This document shows, piece after piece, positions 60,276 to 64,000 of a DNA stretch of 64,000 nt (its first letter is position 1; the number at the start of each line of letters is the position of its first letter). Origin of the DNA: Cenarchaeum sp. (lineage in GTDB: Archaea; Thermoproteota; Nitrososphaeria; Nitrososphaerales; Nitrosopumilaceae); assembly GCA_963693095.2 (NCBI GenBank), contig OY843768.1, positions 1,888,001-1,952,000 on the forward strand, written 5' to 3'. The translations under genes and the position numbers were made by a program. The notes under the pieces are model-generated. The model was not told the DNA's origin and did not search any database. It was given only the letters and a program-made list of their open reading frames with translations.

Positions 60276-60720
60276 GATGCGTCCCTGACACGTGCGCGAT
60301 ATATATCTCGATCGCGGATTCTATTGAGAACGGCGCCACGGCCGACTCGTTAGTCAGGCGGCCGCCACGTGAGCAGATCGGCAGGCCTTCCTACCCGCAT
60401 CCCCCACTTTTGCAGCGAATCCGGATCTCTTGTCCACAATGCTTATCAGTTGCGGCCTGTGTGTCTAGGCCTATGATACGCTATGAGCCTACCCCGCAAC
60501 AGGTTTTGCCCATAGCACTGGCCTTTCTCCATGACCATTATGACGCGCTGCTCTGTTCGGGCACGTCACTTGCCATGTTTCATGACGGGACAGTCGCCCA
60601 TACGAGGTCCCGTCAGGGATCATCAGGCTATGGCAGGGGATTCTATGACAGTATGCGGCCCGGAGACGAGGAGGTTTTAGAGACACGCGTGCCACAGCCG
60701 CAGAGCCCAGGGACGACCTA

Positions 60721-61825
60721 TACTCACGAGCTAAAGTTCGTGTGACCTTCCACGACCTTCCTGTTCAGGTATGCGTAGATGTTCAGGTTGAACCGCTTGG
60801 TCCTGAGGTACTCGCCGACCGCGATCCTCAGCTCGTCCAGGGTTCGTGGTTGCCCCGGGACCCTGACGTCCCTCTTGAGTATGCGCCACGTCCCCTCGAT
60901 GGCGCTTAGCTGCGGGGATCCCACCGGCAGCTCGATGAGCTTGATCTCGCCGTTGGCGCGCAGCAGGTCCTTGACCGCCCCCGCGCGGTGCTGGGGAGCC
61001 CTGTCGACGATGACGGCGATCTTGCCGAACTTCCCGTGCAGCTCCGCAAGGTACTGCGCGAACGTGTCCGCGTTGAACTTGTCGCGCGTCCGGAACGCCT
61101 GCCGCCCGTCCTCGGCGATCGCCCCGTACACGACGATCCGCTCGTGGCTCCCGGTGTACGGCTCGTAGACGGGCACCGTGCGCGGCGTCCAGTGCGTCGC
61201 CATGCCCCCGGCGTCGTTCACGATGATCGACTCGTCCTGCACCAGCATCGTGTATCCCGCGCGCGCCAGGCGTGGCGCCGCCCCCGCAAGGCGCCGCTGC
61301 CAGCTGCGGACGGCGGACGCGCTCGCCCTGTTGACGTGGGCCTTTCGCGGCCTCTTGCGCGAGAGGCCGAACTCGCGCATGAGCCTCCTCACGCTGGCTA
61401 TGTGGAACAGTGTCCCCGCCGCCCCGGCGATCCTGTCGCGGACCGCGGCCGGGGTCGTGGGGGATCCCGACGCGTCGGCGAGGATCCCGTCGAGCGCCGT
61501 TCGCGGCACGGCCAGCGGCCTCCCGGAGCGCGGGAGGTCGCGGAGGGCTGGAAGCCCGCCCTCCCGGTACCGCGCGACCCACTTGCCGACCCACCCCGGG
61601 CACCGCATCAGCGTGTCCGCCGTGTCCTCGTGCGTCATGCCCATGTTGACCACGCAGTGCACGGCGAGAATCCTGTCCCTCACGTGCCCGCTCTTCTCGC
61701 TGTGGTGCGCGTCCCTCAGCTCCTCCCGCTTCCGGTCGTCCATGCCCTGGCGCGGGAGGGGGCGATCAATATAGCTGCGGGGTCGGGGAAACTTGATCAT
61801 CTATACGAACTTTAGCTCGTGAGTA
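60721..61825 (-). mobile_element. IS630-family element type B, copy 2
   Basis: Same TIRs; TA at 60719-20 and 61826-27. Confidence 0.95.
60724..61743 (-). CDS. IS630-family transposase (type B)
   Basis: One residue (M/I) differs from copy 1. Confidence 0.95.
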   Translation of the reverse strand: MDDRKREELRDAHHSEKSGHVRDRILAVHCVVNMGMTHEDTADTLMRCPGWVGKWVARYREGGLPALRDLPRSGRPLAVPRTALDGILADASGSPTTPAAVRDRIAGAAGTLFHIASVRRLMREFGLSRKRPRKAHVNRASASAVRSWQRRLAGAAPRLARAGYTMLVQDESIIVNDAGGMATHWTPRTVPVYEPYTGSHERIVVYGAIAEDGRQAFRTRDKFNADTFAQYLAELHGKFGKIAVIVDRAPQHRAGAVKDLLRANGEIKLIELPVGSPQLSAIEGTWRILKRDVRVPGQPRTLDELRIAVGEYLRTKRFNLNIYAYLNRKVVEGHTNFSS

Positions 61826-62708
61826 TACCTGCTGGACTCTATAATCACGAGACATCTGCCGTATGGCCTGCCCGTCATCAATCGCAAGAGTATAGCCCCG
61901 TTTACCGTGTCATTTTTGCCCTGCGATGTGCCGACGCGTGGCGCCTCAACTGGTGCCAATTCTGTGGATGTGCCTGAACTGCTTCCTGGCTCTCTCACCA
62001 TTTTTCGAAACGAGATTGGCCGATACGATCCCGTGGGATTTGTGGATGATGTCGTGGAGACGATTTGGGATCACGAGAATGAATTTTGCCTAAAGGCGCT
62101 CTCTGGGCTGCCCCGGCATGGGGATACACTGGAGTGCCGAGACGATGTGGGACTGGGTGATCTCCTAGAGCGCGTCCGTATCATGGCCAATCCAGACCCC
62201 GACTCGCCTGTCCAGCTTGACACCGTGTTTATGCCACGTGAACTGTTTTCAAGGTCTGCGCCCGATGGCCATTACATGAACGCCATGAAAGCGCAGCCTA
62301 GAGCGCCTGGCGGCCTGTCCATGTCTGGCCTGGGACACAGGCTGATACCCGAGAACACGCTCTATGTCATATCGTCTGCGCGTGGCCCGACATTCATCAA
62401 CGGCCCGACTACGATAGCTTGCACAGAGTCTAAATTGGTCGTGTGGCGCTACTCTAGTGTTGTGTCCCCTCCCTGTGGTGACCCTGCAGTGCCGCTTGGA
62501 TTTAGGATTGACGTAAAGAGTGTGTCCTAGGCCTGTGGTCTGCCGGGTTGGCGTGTGTGGTTGAGTAGGTGTTGCCTGGGTCTAGATCGGCAGGATTGTG
62601 TGACTATGGTTAAACGGGTGGGAGGGGTGCCTGTTCTTGGATCATCTGCAGATCTGTAATTATGGACATCTTGTCATGCGTTTAAATATTCCACGAGTTG
62701 CAGCCTGC

Positions 62709-63500
62709 ATGATGAAAGAGTTTCGGCTAGCCGCCCTCGAGACGCTAGCAAAAATCGTGGCCGACGTATACTATACGTCAGAAATTACAGATCTCTTTAG
62801 AAAAGCGGGCTTTGACAAGATTAAGTATGACTACAGCGGGAAACAGGAATTTTTGTACGCGGCTTTTGAAGACATACAAAAACAGTTTGGATCTGAGAGC
62901 ATTATCACAGTTTTAAAAGCTGTGTGCAACCCAGAATCATATCTTGACAGGGAAGACCTTCTTGCTCGTGTTCGAAACGATGTTAATAAAGTTTTGATAC
63001 GTTATTCTATTGGAATAGATGAAAACGGAGAGGTTAGACCCCGAACAAACTGGAAACATCTACAGTCTTTACCAAAGCAAAATGAGACGTTATTTCAACA
63101 AAGAAAACTTCATCCTGATGTTGTTCAACATTCCAAAAAAGATTTTATTCGTGGCGAATACAGCTCTGCCGTGTTTGAATGCTGCAAGGCCTTTGAGACC
63201 TTTGTGCGAGAGAGATCAGGCATACAGGAAAAGACAGGTGCAGATCTAATGCTTGCGGCATTTTCAGAAAAAAACCCTGTACTCAAAATAAGTATGAGTT
63301 CGGTTTCTCAACAAACCCGAACAAATATGCAAAGGGGCCTGATGCAGTTATGTGCGGGTTTGATGTCTGGAATACGAAATTCAGTAGGACATGAAACCAA
63401 AGCCAATCTGCCGATGGAAATGGGTGAAGCACTTGACATTTTGACCCTCATCAGCTATCTTGTGCGACAAGTTTACCAGTGCAATTCAACACGTCTGTAG
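62709..63500 (+). CDS. TIGR02391 (Hypoth_Ymh, HEPN-like) family protein with AbiJ-like N-terminal domain
   Basis: LHP...F..G.Y..AVFE..K..E..VR..SG....G..LM..AFS...P.L, Q.G...L..G....IRN..GHE, EAL..L..IS.L. Confidence 0.8.
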   Translation: MMKEFRLAALETLAKIVADVYYTSEITDLFRKAGFDKIKYDYSGKQEFLYAAFEDIQKQFGSESIITVLKAVCNPESYLDREDLLARVRNDVNKVLIRYSIGIDENGEVRPRTNWKHLQSLPKQNETLFQQRKLHPDVVQHSKKDFIRGEYSSAVFECCKAFETFVRERSGIQEKTGADLMLAAFSEKNPVLKISMSSVSQQTRTNMQRGLMQLCAGLMSGIRNSVGHETKANLPMEMGEALDILTLISYLVRQVYQCNSTRL

Positions 63501-63711
63501 CGTTTTTTCCAATGGGTCTCTGCTAGAACGCGCATCAGACACGGGGATATGCGCATGGCCGTGCCATCACTATCCGTAGCCTGACCGATAGCCTTGTGCC
63601 GCACCCTCCCGCACTGCCGACATGTTGCTAGCAGGATGTTAGTGGGCGTCTCACTATCGTTTTGGCATGATGGCGCATTGAGTTATATAGAGATCTGTGT
63701 CTTGGGTCGCG

Positions 63712-64000
63712 TTGAATGGCGATGTGCGTGATGAGGACTGTGATATGAGAAACGAGATGCCAGCCGATGAGCTATTGGCAGACTATGAATCCCTTGGCCT
63801 GCACGGTAACGACAAACAAATTTTTAAGGCATTGCGCCTCGTGTGTGCCCCATACATAGAAGAGTATAATCACAATCTGTCAGAAACAGACACAAAGCTC
63901 GGGTTTGAGCTGCGAAAGATCGACTTTGACATTTCGCCAACCCCGGCACTTCGTGAACGGATAGTGGACATGATTCGATTCGGACACGTCGATGAGGGAC
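63712..64000 (+). CDS. partial ORF: third member of the ~445-aa family (runs off the window)
   Basis: DKQIFKALRLVC...TPALRERIVDMIRFGHVDEG matches DKVILAKLRHIC...TSALRAGITDMIRKGHANDG of 39990-41330; TTATATA upstream of the TTG. Confidence 0.7.
   Translation, partial: MNGDVRDEDCDMRNEMPADELLADYESLGLHGNDKQIFKALRLVCAPYIEEYNHNLSETDTKLGFELRKIDFDISPTPALRERIVDMIRFGHVDEG

Larger units (their letters stand above)
60410..62530 (+). pseudogene. capsid-like gene (distant subtype I) split by IS630-B
   Basis: Removing 60721-61825 and one TA gives ...SPGTTYLLDSII... in frame to IWDHENEFCLKAL, QLDTVF, SSARGPTFINGP. 5' start uncertain. Confidence 0.7.

Noticed and set aside
55329-61825. Composite transposon formed by the two IS630-B copies
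   Set aside because: The empty site of copy 2 restores a continuous gene across both flanks, so it inserted independently.
1-64000. CRISPR array
   Set aside because: No repeat-unique spacer periodicity was seen; the 66-bp and 102-bp repeats are spacerless and coding.
1-64000. Intact provirus suggested by the capsid-like genes
   Set aside because: No recognisable terminase, portal, tail, integrase or att-tRNA, and the genes are dispersed on both strands.

Overview
This looks like an archaeal genome, probably a high-GC thaumarchaeote. That is inferred from a stand-alone Kae1, TATA boxes about 22-25 nt before start codons, and a large TPR expansion. Only kae1 (30-1019) is clearly a housekeeping gene. 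The remaining ~63 kb is an accessory island made of a few gene families that recur as shuffled cassettes, each carrying its own promoter. The families are: about 11 TPR genes; five copies of an unknown ~160-aa family ('ENTFA'), three of them head-to-head with one TPR subfamily; five proteins with HK97 major-capsid-like motifs but no other virion genes; four YwgA/SocA-like proteins; three OLD-family ATPase-TOPRIM nucleases, one overlapping a KTSC gene; three DUF4145 genes; two long HEPN-like genes plus a relic; three members of a ~445-aa helical+REase-like family, one cut by the window end; and several small PD-(D/E)XK-like proteins. The island also has a HARE-HTH nuclease with a 66-bp VNTR, a truncated restriction-modification gene and a TIGR02391 gene. 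Six full IS630 copies of two types, one IS630 mini-element and several IS66 fragments have disrupted at least five genes. No rRNA, tRNA or CRISPR array was seen. All family calls come from motifs recognised by eye, not from database searches. The best candidates for a new system are the orphan capsid-like paralogues and the TPR/ENTFA module.
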